From sequence record NZ_CP137558.1: a DNA stretch of 64,000 nucleotides, one strand, 5' to 3'. The notes under the pieces are model-generated. The model saw only the letters and a program-made list of their open reading frames with translations. It was not told the DNA's origin and made no database searches. The DNA comes from a plasmid. Positions 52,258 through 62,095 of this stretch are shown here, piece by piece. Numbering within the stretch: the first letter of the stretch is position 1; every line of letters begins with the position of its first letter. Made by a program: the position numbers and the translations under genes.

Positions 52258-53691
52258 ATGATGAATAATAACTACTACAGAGGGAATGTGCTGGTAAGAC
52301 GACTGGTAACATGCATGGATATCGTTATCTTAAACGTTTTGCTGTTTGCCTATACCAAGTATGGTGCAGAATTGGTTCTCGATTATTTTGATGAAGCAAC
52401 GAAGATTACGGCTTTCGTTGCCAATGCTGCCTTACTCCTGAGTGAGTATTATTACTCCACCATCATCCATGTAAGAAAGATCGGTTTCCTGCAGGTATTG
52501 AAGCGTACGCTATACCTGGCTGCATCCACCACCTTCTGGTTCTTTGTCTTCGTAAGACTGCTCAGCCATGGAGGTCAGATGTTCTCTTTTGCATTCATCT
52601 TCGGCATATCATTTTATTTTTTACTGGTTATATCCCGACTCTGCGAACTCTCACTCCTCAAATACTACCGTTCCAAGGGACGCAACAGCCGCACGGTTGT
52701 CTTTGTGGGCAATGACCCGGCAGTGGGAGAGATGTATCGGACGATGACGGAGGATCCTTCGGCTGGTTATATCGTGAAGGGATATTATGCTGATGCCGAT
52801 ATGGCCAAGGCTCCAGAGGGACTGAAAAGGATAGGAACCATGCAGGATCTCAACAATAACATGTCTTCCACCATCAACAATACCATCGATGGTACTCATA
52901 ACGCCATCGACGAGGTGTTCTGCTGCCTGTCGCATACAGAATCCGATCAGATTGTGAAGATTATGCAGTTCTGCAACAAGAACGTGGTTCACTTCTATTT
53001 CTTGCCTCGCGTTTTCGGCGAATATAAGCTGCATCTCGATGCCCAGAACTTCATGGGCAGGACGGTGTATTCCAACCATAAGGAGCCGCTGGCAAGCATT
53101 TCCAACCGCATCGTGAAGCGAGCTTTCGACATCGTGGTGAGCGGAATTATCTGTCTTTGCGTATTGCCGTTCATCCCGATCATCGCGCTCATCATCAAGA
53201 TTCAGAGTCCGGGTCCTATCTTCTTCAAGCAGGCAAGAACGGGTCGGAACGGTGATACTTTCTACTGTCTGAAGTTCCGTTCCATGCATGTGAACAAGGA
53301 TGCCGACAAGGCGCAGGCTACCAAGGACGACCCAAGAAAGTTTGCCTTCGGCAACTTCATGCGAAAGACGAACATCGATGAGTTCCCTCAGTTTATCAAC
53401 GTGCTGAAGGGCGACATGAGCATCGTGGGTCCTCGTCCTCACATGCTGCATCACACCGAGGTATACGGCAGCCTGATAGACAAATACATGGTTCGCCATT
53501 TCTCCAAGCCTGGTATCACGGGTTGGGCTCAGGTTACGGGATTCCGCGGCGAGACCAAGGAGCTGTGGCAGATGGAAGAGCGTATCCGCCGAGACATCTG
53601 GTATATAGAGAACTGGTCGTTCTGGCTCGACATCAAGATTATCTTCCTCACGGCCAAGAGCATCATCTTCCCGGATAAGAATGCATACTAG
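52258..53691 (+). CDS. undecaprenyl-phosphate hexose-1-phosphate transferase (WbaP/WcaJ-like initiating sugar transferase)
   Basis: N-terminal TM helices; C-terminal bacterial sugar transferase domain ..KRAFDIVVSG..PGPIFFKQARTGRNGDTFYCLKFRSM..FPQFINVLKGDMSIVGPRP. Confidence 0.85.
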   Translation: MMNNNYYRGNVLVRRLVTCMDIVILNVLLFAYTKYGAELVLDYFDEATKITAFVANAALLLSEYYYSTIIHVRKIGFLQVLKRTLYLAASTTFWFFVFVRLLSHGGQMFSFAFIFGISFYFLLVISRLCELSLLKYYRSKGRNSRTVVFVGNDPAVGEMYRTMTEDPSAGYIVKGYYADADMAKAPEGLKRIGTMQDLNNNMSSTINNTIDGTHNAIDEVFCCLSHTESDQIVKIMQFCNKNVVHFYFLPRVFGEYKLHLDAQNFMGRTVYSNHKEPLASISNRIVKRAFDIVVSGIICLCVLPFIPIIALIIKIQSPGPIFFKQARTGRNGDTFYCLKFRSMHVNKDADKAQATKDDPRKFAFGNFMRKTNIDEFPQFINVLKGDMSIVGPRPHMLHHTEVYGSLIDKYMVRHFSKPGITGWAQVTGFRGETKELWQMEERIRRDIWYIENWSFWLDIKIIFLTAKSIIFPDKNAY

Positions 53692-53740
53692 TTAAGAATG
53701 CATACCCAATAGAAACAAGTCATACTATACCTTAATTCAA

Positions 53741-54016
53741 GTTTCGCAAGTAACCTCCGGTCCCCGAAGGGGGCCAACTTTCAATAACCGCTGGTGGAAT
53801 GACCAAAGGTCATGGAACCTGCGGACAACCAATAGTAGGGAGAAAGCGTCCCCAAAGGGGGCGAACCACATCCAGCCTTGCTCCTGTTCGCCCCCTTCGG
53901 GGACGATAAGAGAGTATCTGTAACTATCCGCAGGTTCCATTCCCTTCGGTCATTCCACCCGCGGTTATTCACATTCGCCCCCTTCGGGGACGGTAGAATG
54001 CTACTTGCGAAACTTC
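53741..54016. mobile_element. MITE-like palindromic repeat, long copy (~276 bp)
   Basis: TIRs gtttcgcaagtaac / ctacttgcgaaacttc; last 170 bp ~95 percent identical to 51128..51314. Confidence 0.65.
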
Positions 54017-54066
54017 AGTACCTTCATTATGTAAGGGCAATTATGGTAAATAGGGTTTAAAGCGCA

Positions 54067-54140
54067 GAAGTCTGCCGGCATCACTGCCAGCAGACTTCCC
54101 TCTTCATTAATAGAACCTAAAATTACATCTATTTTTCAAG
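54067..54140. repeat. ~80-bp repeat with hairpin gaagtctgccggc..gccagcagacttc (inverted copy of 25870..25944)
   Basis: See 25870..25944. Confidence 0.6.
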
Positions 54141-55512
54141 AACGGCTTCTTAATAGGGATAATGCGTAGAGTGGCAGTATGGTAACGTGCCTTACAGCGC
54201 CATCGGCTTGATTGTCAATGTAATCGAATGCGCCGAAATTCTCAAGAGAACAGCGGAAGGCTTCGGTGAGCTTTTTCTCTCTCATGAATAGCCAGAGACT
54301 CTTCATGCCGCCTTGTGTTCCCGATTTGATTTCGATAGGGGTAATCTTCATGTTGTGGATTTCCAGATAGTCTATCTCTGCTACGCTCTTCCCCTTCTTT
54401 TCCCAATAGAACATCTTCTGGCGTTGGATGCATGGTTTGTAGCGCATCATCTCGAGTCCTGCAACCATTTCTGTAAGACCGCCCTTATTGACAAGTTCCT
54501 GTGGGGTGCCGGCTAAAATAAGCTCTATGAGTTGCTGAGACAAGTCACCTTCCAGTTGAAGCACGGCTAACAGTAATCCTGGGTCCAGGAAGAGAACCTT
54601 CATGCTTTTCTCGTCGGCTTCCGCATCCAGCGGAATGCCATTGCCCGAGGTTGCTACAACAGGAGTTACGATTCCTGCAAGTGTCAGTAGGCGCAGAGCT
54701 TCTCTGATTTGTGAACTCTGATAGTCTGCTGATATTTGCCTGTATGTCAGCTTCTCTCCAGCCTGGTGGCAGATGCCACGCATCGTCGTGCGCAGCAAGT
54801 CTGGGTTGACTCTCTTTTTATACTTGCTGAAATCGTCTTCGTATGTTAGTATGATATCTTCCTGGATGTTTCTGCATCGGTTGAAATCGTGCGTCTTGGT
54901 CCATGCAAGTACAGATTCCGGCATGCCTCCAACAAGCAGGTAGGTGCGGAAGTATTCCACGAGTTTGTCATGGAAGGGTTGTTCTATAGAAAGATTCCTG
55001 TATGCTTCATTTCGGATACGGATGAGACCTTCTTCGTGGTTAGCATGCAGGAATTCATCGAAAGTCATTGGATACATGAAGAGAGAATGAATTCTTCCTA
55101 CTCCAAAAGTAGGGAGTTCCTGAAGCGTAAATTCCAGAAGAGATCCTGCTGCAATGACATGTAGTTCCGGATAATCTTCCTTGAAAAATCGTAGTGCCAT
55201 GATAGCTTCCGGGCATTCCTGGATTTCGTCGAGGAAGAGGAGCGTCTTGCCTGCTTCTATAGGGACATTGATATAACTGCTGATTTTTTCAGCAATCAAT
55301 CGCACGTCTATATCCCCCTGAAAGAATGTTTTTATTGCCTTGTTGCGTTCGAAGTTCACTTCAGCGAAATACTTGAATTGTCTTCCGAAATTTTTCACTG
55401 CAGAAGATTTTCCAACCTGTCTGGCCCCACGAAGCAACAGAGGTTTCCGCATGGAATCTTCTTTCCATGCGGTGAGTTCTGAATCTATGTTTCTTTGTAT
55501 GTATTCTGCCAT
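54136..55512 (-). CDS. AAA_14/DUF4143-family ATP-binding protein
   Basis: MAEYIQRNID..RKPLLLRGARQVGKSS Walker A, DEIQ Walker B; track ORF extends to 55560 through repeat region. Confidence 0.7.
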   Translation of the reverse strand: MAEYIQRNIDSELTAWKEDSMRKPLLLRGARQVGKSSAVKNFGRQFKYFAEVNFERNKAIKTFFQGDIDVRLIAEKISSYINVPIEAGKTLLFLDEIQECPEAIMALRFFKEDYPELHVIAAGSLLEFTLQELPTFGVGRIHSLFMYPMTFDEFLHANHEEGLIRIRNEAYRNLSIEQPFHDKLVEYFRTYLLVGGMPESVLAWTKTHDFNRCRNIQEDIILTYEDDFSKYKKRVNPDLLRTTMRGICHQAGEKLTYRQISADYQSSQIREALRLLTLAGIVTPVVATSGNGIPLDAEADEKSMKVLFLDPGLLLAVLQLEGDLSQQLIELILAGTPQELVNKGGLTEMVAGLEMMRYKPCIQRQKMFYWEKKGKSVAEIDYLEIHNMKITPIEIKSGTQGGMKSLWLFMREKKLTEAFRCSLENFGAFDYIDNQADGAVRHVTILPLYALSLLRSRS

Positions 55513-55552
55513 AATTGTAACTGTTTGAATAACAGGTGCAAAAATAGCGAAA

Positions 55553-55648
55553 ATACTCAAATCCGAGAAATAAATTGCGTTAAAATACTCAAATCCGAGA
55601 AATAATCTGCGCTAAAGTACTCAAATCCGAGAAATAATCTGCATTATC
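55553..55648. repeat. three tandem ~32-bp direct repeats atactcaaatccgagaaataa(a/t)(t/c)tgcg
   Basis: Read directly; in 5' region of 54136..55512. Confidence 0.8.
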
Positions 55649-55735
55649 CTCTGGTAATATGAGCAGCAAATTAGTAATACGCCATCTCCGTATGTAACAA
55701 AATCTATCCCATTGCAGCGGTGTTTGCCTTGACTT

Positions 55736-56591
55736 TTGGATAAAAGTTGTATCTTTGCACTGAAAATCAATAAATTACATAAAATGACATATTACAAGCG
55801 AAATATAGATAAAAAACTCATGGAGTGGAAGGCTTCTCAAAGAAGAAAGCCGCTGCTGATACGTGGAGCCAGACAAGTAGGAAAATCTTCTGCTGTGCGC
55901 CACTTGGGTAAAGAATTTAAGTACTTTGTAGAAATCAATCTGGAGAGTCAGCCATCCATAAGAGGACTCTTTTCAAAGGATATTGATGTGCATAGAACGT
56001 GCGAAGGTATAAGTGCCACTACCGGCATTCCTGTAATACCTGGTGAGACACTGCTCTTCATAGACGAAATACAAGTTAGCCAGGAAGCAATCATGTCGCT
56101 CCGTTATTTCAAAGAGGATTATCCGGAACTGCATGTCATCGCTGCTGGCTCTTTGTTGGAATTTACCTTAGAGGAACTGCCTTCCTTTGGGGTTGGGAGA
56201 ATACGCTCACTCTACATGTATCCATTTTCCTTTGATGAATTTCTCATGGCACAGGGACTGGATACCACGGTAAGTTACAAGCAGCAGGCTTCGCCCTCAT
56301 CTCCGCTTCCAGAAGGCAGAAATGTATTATTGGCAGAATTTGTCAAGAGGAACCAATGCTGAGATTGATTATCTGGAAGCCAAAGATGGTATGGTTTTAC
56401 CGATAGAAGTGAAAGCCACTACCCGAGGCAGCATGCAGAGTTTATGGCTATTCATGAGAAAGAAAGCTCTTCATCATGCTGTTCGCACTTCCCTAGAGAA
56501 TTTCGGAGAGTTTGAGTATGTTGATAAAGAATCCCAGGATGCCATTCGTCATGTAGATGTAATTCCACTTTATGCAATGAGTAATCTTTAG
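55736..56591 (+). pseudogene. AAA_14/DUF4143-family paralog with internal deletion and frame change
   Basis: First 160 aa parallel 54136..55512 product; ORF 56322..56591 matches that protein's last 80 aa; ~200 aa missing. Confidence 0.6.
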
Positions 56592-56702
56592 TGTATTGCT
56601 TACTCCTATAACGATAAAGAAACGAAAAGAAGACTCTTTTAAAGACTGAAGATCTGTAAAAGAAAAACTCTGTGTGGTGGTGAGGGTGTGTCATTATTCA
56701 TC

Positions 56703-56863
56703 GGATTACGCACGGATTTTATACGGAAACTCGACCTGACGGTCGTGGCGATACCCCCTAAAGCTGGAAAAAGTCTGCCATTACTGTACAATCGCAAGCC
56801 AGCCTATACGGCGCTAGCCCAATGGCCGTAAGGCCAAATCCGTTTAAAATCCGTGCGTAAGCC
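56703..56863. repeat. ~160-bp element bounded by 16-bp inverted repeats ttacgcacggatttta / taaaatccgtgcgtaa
   Basis: Read directly; no ORF. Confidence 0.55.
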
Positions 56864-57117
56864 GTGTTGCAGCTCATTAAAACTTATATATAGGCAAAAC
56901 CTCTGTCGATTTGCCTGTTCTTCTAGGACCCGTTATCAACTTGATTTGCGTGCTTGCCAACAGTTCATCCACATCATATTGGGTATGACGTGTAAGGTAA
57001 GGACGGGAAAGCAGGAAAATATTCAATATATCATTCGTATTGAATAAAAAAGTGCTGATTTTATTCAATACGATGAACAAAATGAATAAAATCAGTACTT
57101 TTTTGAAGTGTACTCAG

Positions 57118-58287
57118 TTAATAATTCATTCCGAAGTACCAGAGAGGGATGATGATTCCATGCCCCATCTCGATATCGTCTTTTACGATACGTCCGTTTT
57201 TTACATCCTCAATCTGCTTTTTACCTTTCTTCCTTCCGCCAATCTCAAAGGTATAGTCACCAATGGTAAAGTCGGAAACCCTGGAGGAAGTAACATCCTG
57301 CTTTTCTCTCATCTGATTGTAGAAGAATGTTTCCCTTATGTTTCCAATATTGGGATTAGGGGTGAGCACAGACATCAGGCTTGGATTATCAACATATACT
57401 TTTTCTACCTTTCCAAGATTGCGCATTCCCGAAGTATCATCTCTGAGCAGACCTATCATTCCGGCACGTTCCAGATAGACGAGATAATCAGGCACGTTGT
57501 TCTTGCTCACCCCGATTTCCGTGGCAAGGTTCTCTACGCTTGGCTTGTAGGGAGCCAACCCGGAAAGAATAACGAGCATACGCTTTAGCTTGCGTGCTGT
57601 TGAGGCTTTCATATCGGCATATTGCGGAATGTCAACTTCTACCGTCTGGTCTATCACCTGCAGCATTCTCTGCGTAAAATCTCCCTCTATGGCAAATGGG
57701 TAATAGCCATGGTCGAGGTACGCTCTGAAAAATGGCAATGGATGTTCCACTCCAGGAATCTCTACCTGGTGATTGAGCATTTCGTCGAGACTGAAAACTC
57801 TGGTCTTGATGCCTTCAAAAAGTTGCAGGTATTCCCTGAACGACAAGCCTTGCATCATATACATCAGTGCACGGCGGCTCAGATCAGCTTCTCCCTTCTT
57901 GATGTCCAATACCGATGAACCAGTAAAGATAAGGTTCAGGGATGGATGCATGTCGTAAATTTGCTTCAGTTCTCTGCTCCAGCCGGCATACTTGTGAATT
58001 TCATCTATATAAAGATGTGTACCACCCTCCTTGATAAACTCGTCGGCGAAGTCAATCAGGGAATGATTTGAAAAATAGATATTGTCGGCCGACACATACA
58101 GGTGATGGCCTTCCTTGGATAGCCTGATGCGCTGAAGTATCATGGTGGATTTTCCAACGCCTCGCGGTCCCACGATACCTATTAGCCGTCCATTCCAGTT
58201 GATTTCATCATATTTATATCTGATGAAATCAAGCGGAGTACGTTTCAGCAGCTCCGCCATATATTCATATAGTTTATTTTCTATCAT
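57118..58287 (-). CDS. AAA ATPase (DUF4143-type ATP-binding protein)
   Basis: GIVGPRGVGKST Walker A; HLYIDEIH Walker B. Confidence 0.7.
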   Translation of the reverse strand: MIENKLYEYMAELLKRTPLDFIRYKYDEINWNGRLIGIVGPRGVGKSTMILQRIRLSKEGHHLYVSADNIYFSNHSLIDFADEFIKEGGTHLYIDEIHKYAGWSRELKQIYDMHPSLNLIFTGSSVLDIKKGEADLSRRALMYMMQGLSFREYLQLFEGIKTRVFSLDEMLNHQVEIPGVEHPLPFFRAYLDHGYYPFAIEGDFTQRMLQVIDQTVEVDIPQYADMKASTARKLKRMLVILSGLAPYKPSVENLATEIGVSKNNVPDYLVYLERAGMIGLLRDDTSGMRNLGKVEKVYVDNPSLMSVLTPNPNIGNIRETFFYNQMREKQDVTSSRVSDFTIGDYTFEIGGRKKGKKQIEDVKNGRIVKDDIEMGHGIIIPLWYFGMNY

Positions 58288-58338
58288 ATCTTGCTCTTTT
58301 AGATGAATATCATTTAAAACTGCGGCAAAGATACAAAT

Positions 58339-58424
58339 AATCCCTCAATGAGGGATGAATTCTTCCGAAAAGTTCCCTCAATGAGGGATGGATTTAAGCA
58401 TTTTTATCCCTCATTGGGGGATTT
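58339..58424. repeat. three copies of palindromic hairpin atccctcaatgagggat
   Basis: 58340, 58374, 58406 (third degenerate). Confidence 0.7.
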
Positions 58425-58469
58425 TTGCACGTTATGCAATCTCCGTATGTAACAAAATCTATCCCTCTC

Positions 58470-58793
58470 CTATCTCGACTTGCACAGCAGATTGTTAATC
58501 TGCTTGCGGATATTGTTGATGCCGGTGGTGACATGGGGAGCCAGCGGAAGAAGAACACGGATGAACTCCTGCATCACCGCCGTATCGCGATCCACCTTCA
58601 CGGCTGAATCCCAAACCATGTCATCAACCACCAGTGCCAGTTCGCGGGCACTGACACATACAGAGAGCTTGGCAACATACTCTTCCAAGGTCTCCACATT
58701 ATTAATATATATAGCAAGATGAAGCTCTTCCTGGCGGAGCTTCAGTAACGGAGTCTCGATTCTTGCTTCTTTTTGTACTAGCATATCCATCAT
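58470..58793 (-). CDS. hypothetical small protein
   Basis: 107-aa ORF, GC-normal codon usage; no motif recognised. Confidence 0.35.
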   Translation of the reverse strand: MMDMLVQKEARIETPLLKLRQEELHLAIYINNVETLEEYVAKLSVCVSARELALVVDDMVWDSAVKVDRDTAVMQEFIRVLLPLAPHVTTGINNIRKQINNLLCKSR

Positions 58794-58939
58794 TTTTAAT
58801 TTTTGTAAACGAGCAGTGAATCAGAAGTAAACCAAACGGCATGAATAGTAAACGCACTTGACTTTGCTCTTTTTTTGTTGTATCTTTGCAACGTCAATCA
58901 GACAAAAACTTAATTATTAACCTTTTAACAGTTTGTTTT

Positions 58940-59533
58940 ATGAGTAAGAGTTACAAAATTTCAAAGACAGTGGTCCACATGGGACCTAAGAAGGGTAAGA
59001 CACTCTACAGCGTTCGCCCTTACAGTTATGGTACTTTGACCACCGAAGAGGTTGCTAAGCAGATCTCTATGGAGTCTACCGCTACTCCTGCCGACGTAAA
59101 GGCTGTGCTCGACCGCTATGCCTACTATGTGAAAGAGAACCTGAAGAAGGGTTACGACATCGAGCTGCTCGGCTTCGGCAAGCTTTACCTCCGCTTCATC
59201 ACCAGCGGTGCCGTGGAGAACGAGAAGAATGCCAACGCCAAGCTCGTGAAGAGCCTCATCCCTTCCTTCCGTCCTGCGTATAGCCTGCTGAAGAACGGAA
59301 GCCGTGTCTATAACCTGGTTCCTGACAACATCGAACTCGTGAATTACGATGACGAGAAGAAGGAGAAGACACCTGGTGATTCCGACGGCGGCGGTTCTAC
59401 CGGCGAGAACAAGAATCCTGACTCGGGCGATAACACCCAGGGCGCAGGCGGTTCGGGTACTACGGGCGGAACAACGGGCGGTACTGACCAGGGTGGCGGC
59501 AGCGATGGTGATTCTTCTGACGTAGTAATCTAA
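58940..59533 (+). CDS. HU-family DNA-binding protein (Bacteroidales long HU-like form) with Gly/Ser/Thr-rich C-terminal tail
   Basis: MSKSYKISKTVVHMGPKKGKTLYSVRPYSYGTLTTEEVAKQIS..; tail GDSDGGGSTGENKNPDSGDNTQGAGGSGTTGGTTGGT. Confidence 0.7.
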   Translation: MSKSYKISKTVVHMGPKKGKTLYSVRPYSYGTLTTEEVAKQISMESTATPADVKAVLDRYAYYVKENLKKGYDIELLGFGKLYLRFITSGAVENEKNANAKLVKSLIPSFRPAYSLLKNGSRVYNLVPDNIELVNYDDEKKEKTPGDSDGGGSTGENKNPDSGDNTQGAGGSGTTGGTTGGTDQGGGSDGDSSDVVI

Positions 59534-59694
59534 AATCATCAATGCCTATGAATTTAAATGATGTTCCCAACAGGAAGATTTCCTGGACCAGTGTTCTCTA
59601 TGCCGTGCTGCAGGCATTGATTGCAGCTCTCACGGCCTTGGGTGTCAGCTCGTGTGCCCAATGTCTCAAGTACTAATTCCTAAACACCTGATTT

Positions 59695-60213
59695 TTGCTT
59701 ATGACTAAAGATCAGTTTCCTATGACGATTGGTGGGGAGATGGTCCGCAATGAGCGGACTCTCCTCGCCAGAGTGGAGGACGGGCGATATATGATGTCGC
59801 CAGAGTCTGTGAAGTATCTCGTGCTGCATTGTTCTGCCACGAGATGCAACCGGAATTATCCGGTGGAGCAGTTGCGATGCGACCATCTGGCACGCGGTTT
59901 CCGTGACATCGGCTACCACTTTTATGTGCGAAAGGACGGCAGCTGCACGCAACACCGTTTCCTGCTGGAGGTTGGTGCCCATGCCCGCCCCTACAACCGC
60001 TGCTCGATAGGTATCTGCTACGAGGGCGGTCTGGACGAGAAAGGCAGACCTTCCAACACGCTGACTCCGGAGCAGTATTCCAGAATCCGTGAACTGCTTG
60101 CTGTCCTGAAGGGGCTTTTTCCGAAAGCCGAGATTGTGGGTCATCGGGATTTGCCGGGTACGACTCCCAAGGATTGTCCTTGCCTGGAGGCGAAAGAGAT
60201 TTTTGGGACGTAG
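59695..60213 (+). CDS. N-acetylmuramoyl-L-alanine amidase (Amidase_2/PGRP fold)
   Basis: LVLHCSAT..GYHFYV..GAHA..NRCSIGICYEGG..VGHRDL..CPC zinc-amidase pattern. Confidence 0.8.
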   Translation: MLMTKDQFPMTIGGEMVRNERTLLARVEDGRYMMSPESVKYLVLHCSATRCNRNYPVEQLRCDHLARGFRDIGYHFYVRKDGSCTQHRFLLEVGAHARPYNRCSIGICYEGGLDEKGRPSNTLTPEQYSRIRELLAVLKGLFPKAEIVGHRDLPGTTPKDCPCLEAKEIFGT

Positions 60214-60366
60214 AACACGTTGCAAAAATACAAAAAAATATGATTCGAACAAAAATATTTGCGCATTTTCATGGAAATAAATGATTGAAAACAAATAAAT
60301 GGCATTAGAATATGGAAAAGCTCCTATTCTAATGCCATTTATTATTATATTACTTTCTGGCGAAAG

Positions 60367-62070
60367 TTACTTCACAATCTTCAACGCCTGCTTGCTTACC
60401 TTTACCAGGTAGATGCCATGAGCTGCATCGGCGAGAGACAATGACTTCACGTTCTTGGCTGACTTCACTACTGCACCTGCGGCTGTATAAACCGTGATGT
60501 CGGCTGACTTGGCGAGTGTTACCTCATTGCCATCCCAATCGATGGTGTTGTCGTCGGCAAGAACCTTGCTGATGCCTGATGACTCTGCATTGTTATAGAA
60601 GATGTATGAGTAAGTGCCTTCAGTGGTCTTGTCCTCATCACTACCCTTTACATTATCTGTCTGATAAAGTGCATAGTTGCCGTTCTCGGCTACGGATGTG
60701 ATCAGTACCTGCTCACCCTTCTGCATGGCTGGGGTCTTGGTATTGATCTGATAGCCCAGAGGAGCCTCGATGGTGCGGTGGTAGGTATTCTCTACCCAAC
60801 CTACCAGAGTGACTTTATCCTCATCAACCAGCATACCGCTGATGATTTCTGCCTTGTGCTTGGCATCACCCTCATCGAAAGCACTGGCTACTGCCCAGTT
60901 CTTGCTGAGACTTTCTGCATCCAGACAGGCTGCGTAGGCATCGCAACCTCCCAGATAAGAGATGGTGTTGTCGAAAGGAAGTGCCTGGTTGAAGGAACCT
61001 GCCAGATAGAGCTTGCCTTTCTGATAGGCCATCTCGTCGATGGTGTTCAGAGTGTTGGAATTATCTGTGGCTACAGAATGATAAACCTGGGTAGTTACCT
61101 GGTCGCCATCGATGGCTGCCAATACGTAGGCATGCTCAGTAGCACTCGCTTCATAGGCTGTCTCAATCTTGGTATCCTTGCCGGCAGCAGTAAGGGTCAT
61201 ATCCTTACCGGATGCTACGTAAGCTACGTAAATCTTGCCGTCGTTGATGGCGAAGTTAACGTCTTCTGTATTGTAGGTAGCCTCATTTGTCAACTGCTTT
61301 GTAGCGCCAAGCACAGAAACGATGCTGGCATTTGCCAGGTCGGCTGCATCGAAAGAGAGCACGCACATGGTGGTTTCATCATTATACAACCAGCCCTCTG
61401 AGCAGGCATATTTACCCTGCAGGGTAACACCATCCAAGGCTACATTGCCCTTGTAAGAGGCAGAAAGATAGAGCTTATTGCCATCAACTACCAGTTTCTT
61501 GGCTGTGAAAGAAGGGCTCAGCACGCCAATCACATCCAAGGCTGCAATCTCTGCATCGCTCTCGGCAAGGATGGTCTTGGAAGCTACATACGCACCCTGC
61601 TTGTCGTACTTCACGATGAAGCCAGATACCTTATCTACCTTGTCGGCCATACCGGTGATGGTAGCCTTGGTTTCGCCGCTGGCATCCTTGATTGCTACCT
61701 GATCAGCAAATACGCCGGCAGCATAAACGTTGCCGTCGGCATCGGTAGCCACTGTGGTGACGGTGGCAGCACCAGCCAGACCGGCAGCCCACTTCTTGGC
61801 ACCAGCCTTATCATACTTGGCAATGAAGGCACTGTTGGCCACTGGTTCCAGATAGCTGGCAGCGAACTCCAGATCCTTGGTAAAGCTACCGGTTACGATG
61901 GAGTTACCCTCGTTGTCAACTGCCATGGCAGCAGCACGGGTCAAATCCTTGGCCTCTGCTGTGGTGGTGAGGTTGTCTGTCCAGGTAGGAGCCTCCAACA
62001 CATCCTTGGCATTGGCAGCAACCGTTGCCAGTGCCAGCATCATTGAAAATGTAAATCTTCTCATAATCAA
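60367..62070 (-). CDS. secreted repeat protein with T9SS (Por) C-terminal sorting domain
   Basis: Signal peptide; C-terminal ..GIYLVKVSKQALKIVK. Confidence 0.6.
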   Translation of the reverse strand: MIMRRFTFSMMLALATVAANAKDVLEAPTWTDNLTTTAEAKDLTRAAAMAVDNEGNSIVTGSFTKDLEFAASYLEPVANSAFIAKYDKAGAKKWAAGLAGAATVTTVATDADGNVYAAGVFADQVAIKDASGETKATITGMADKVDKVSGFIVKYDKQGAYVASKTILAESDAEIAALDVIGVLSPSFTAKKLVVDGNKLYLSASYKGNVALDGVTLQGKYACSEGWLYNDETTMCVLSFDAADLANASIVSVLGATKQLTNEATYNTEDVNFAINDGKIYVAYVASGKDMTLTAAGKDTKIETAYEASATEHAYVLAAIDGDQVTTQVYHSVATDNSNTLNTIDEMAYQKGKLYLAGSFNQALPFDNTISYLGGCDAYAACLDAESLSKNWAVASAFDEGDAKHKAEIISGMLVDEDKVTLVGWVENTYHRTIEAPLGYQINTKTPAMQKGEQVLITSVAENGNYALYQTDNVKGSDEDKTTEGTYSYIFYNNAESSGISKVLADDNTIDWDGNEVTLAKSADITVYTAAGAVVKSAKNVKSLSLADAAHGIYLVKVSKQALKIVK

Positions 62071-62095
62071 TTAATCTTTATGTAAAACAATTATC

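Noticed and set aside
55553..55648. Possible CRISPR/iteron origin
   Set aside because: Only three directly abutting 32-bp units with no spacers; more consistent with promoter-proximal tandem repeats
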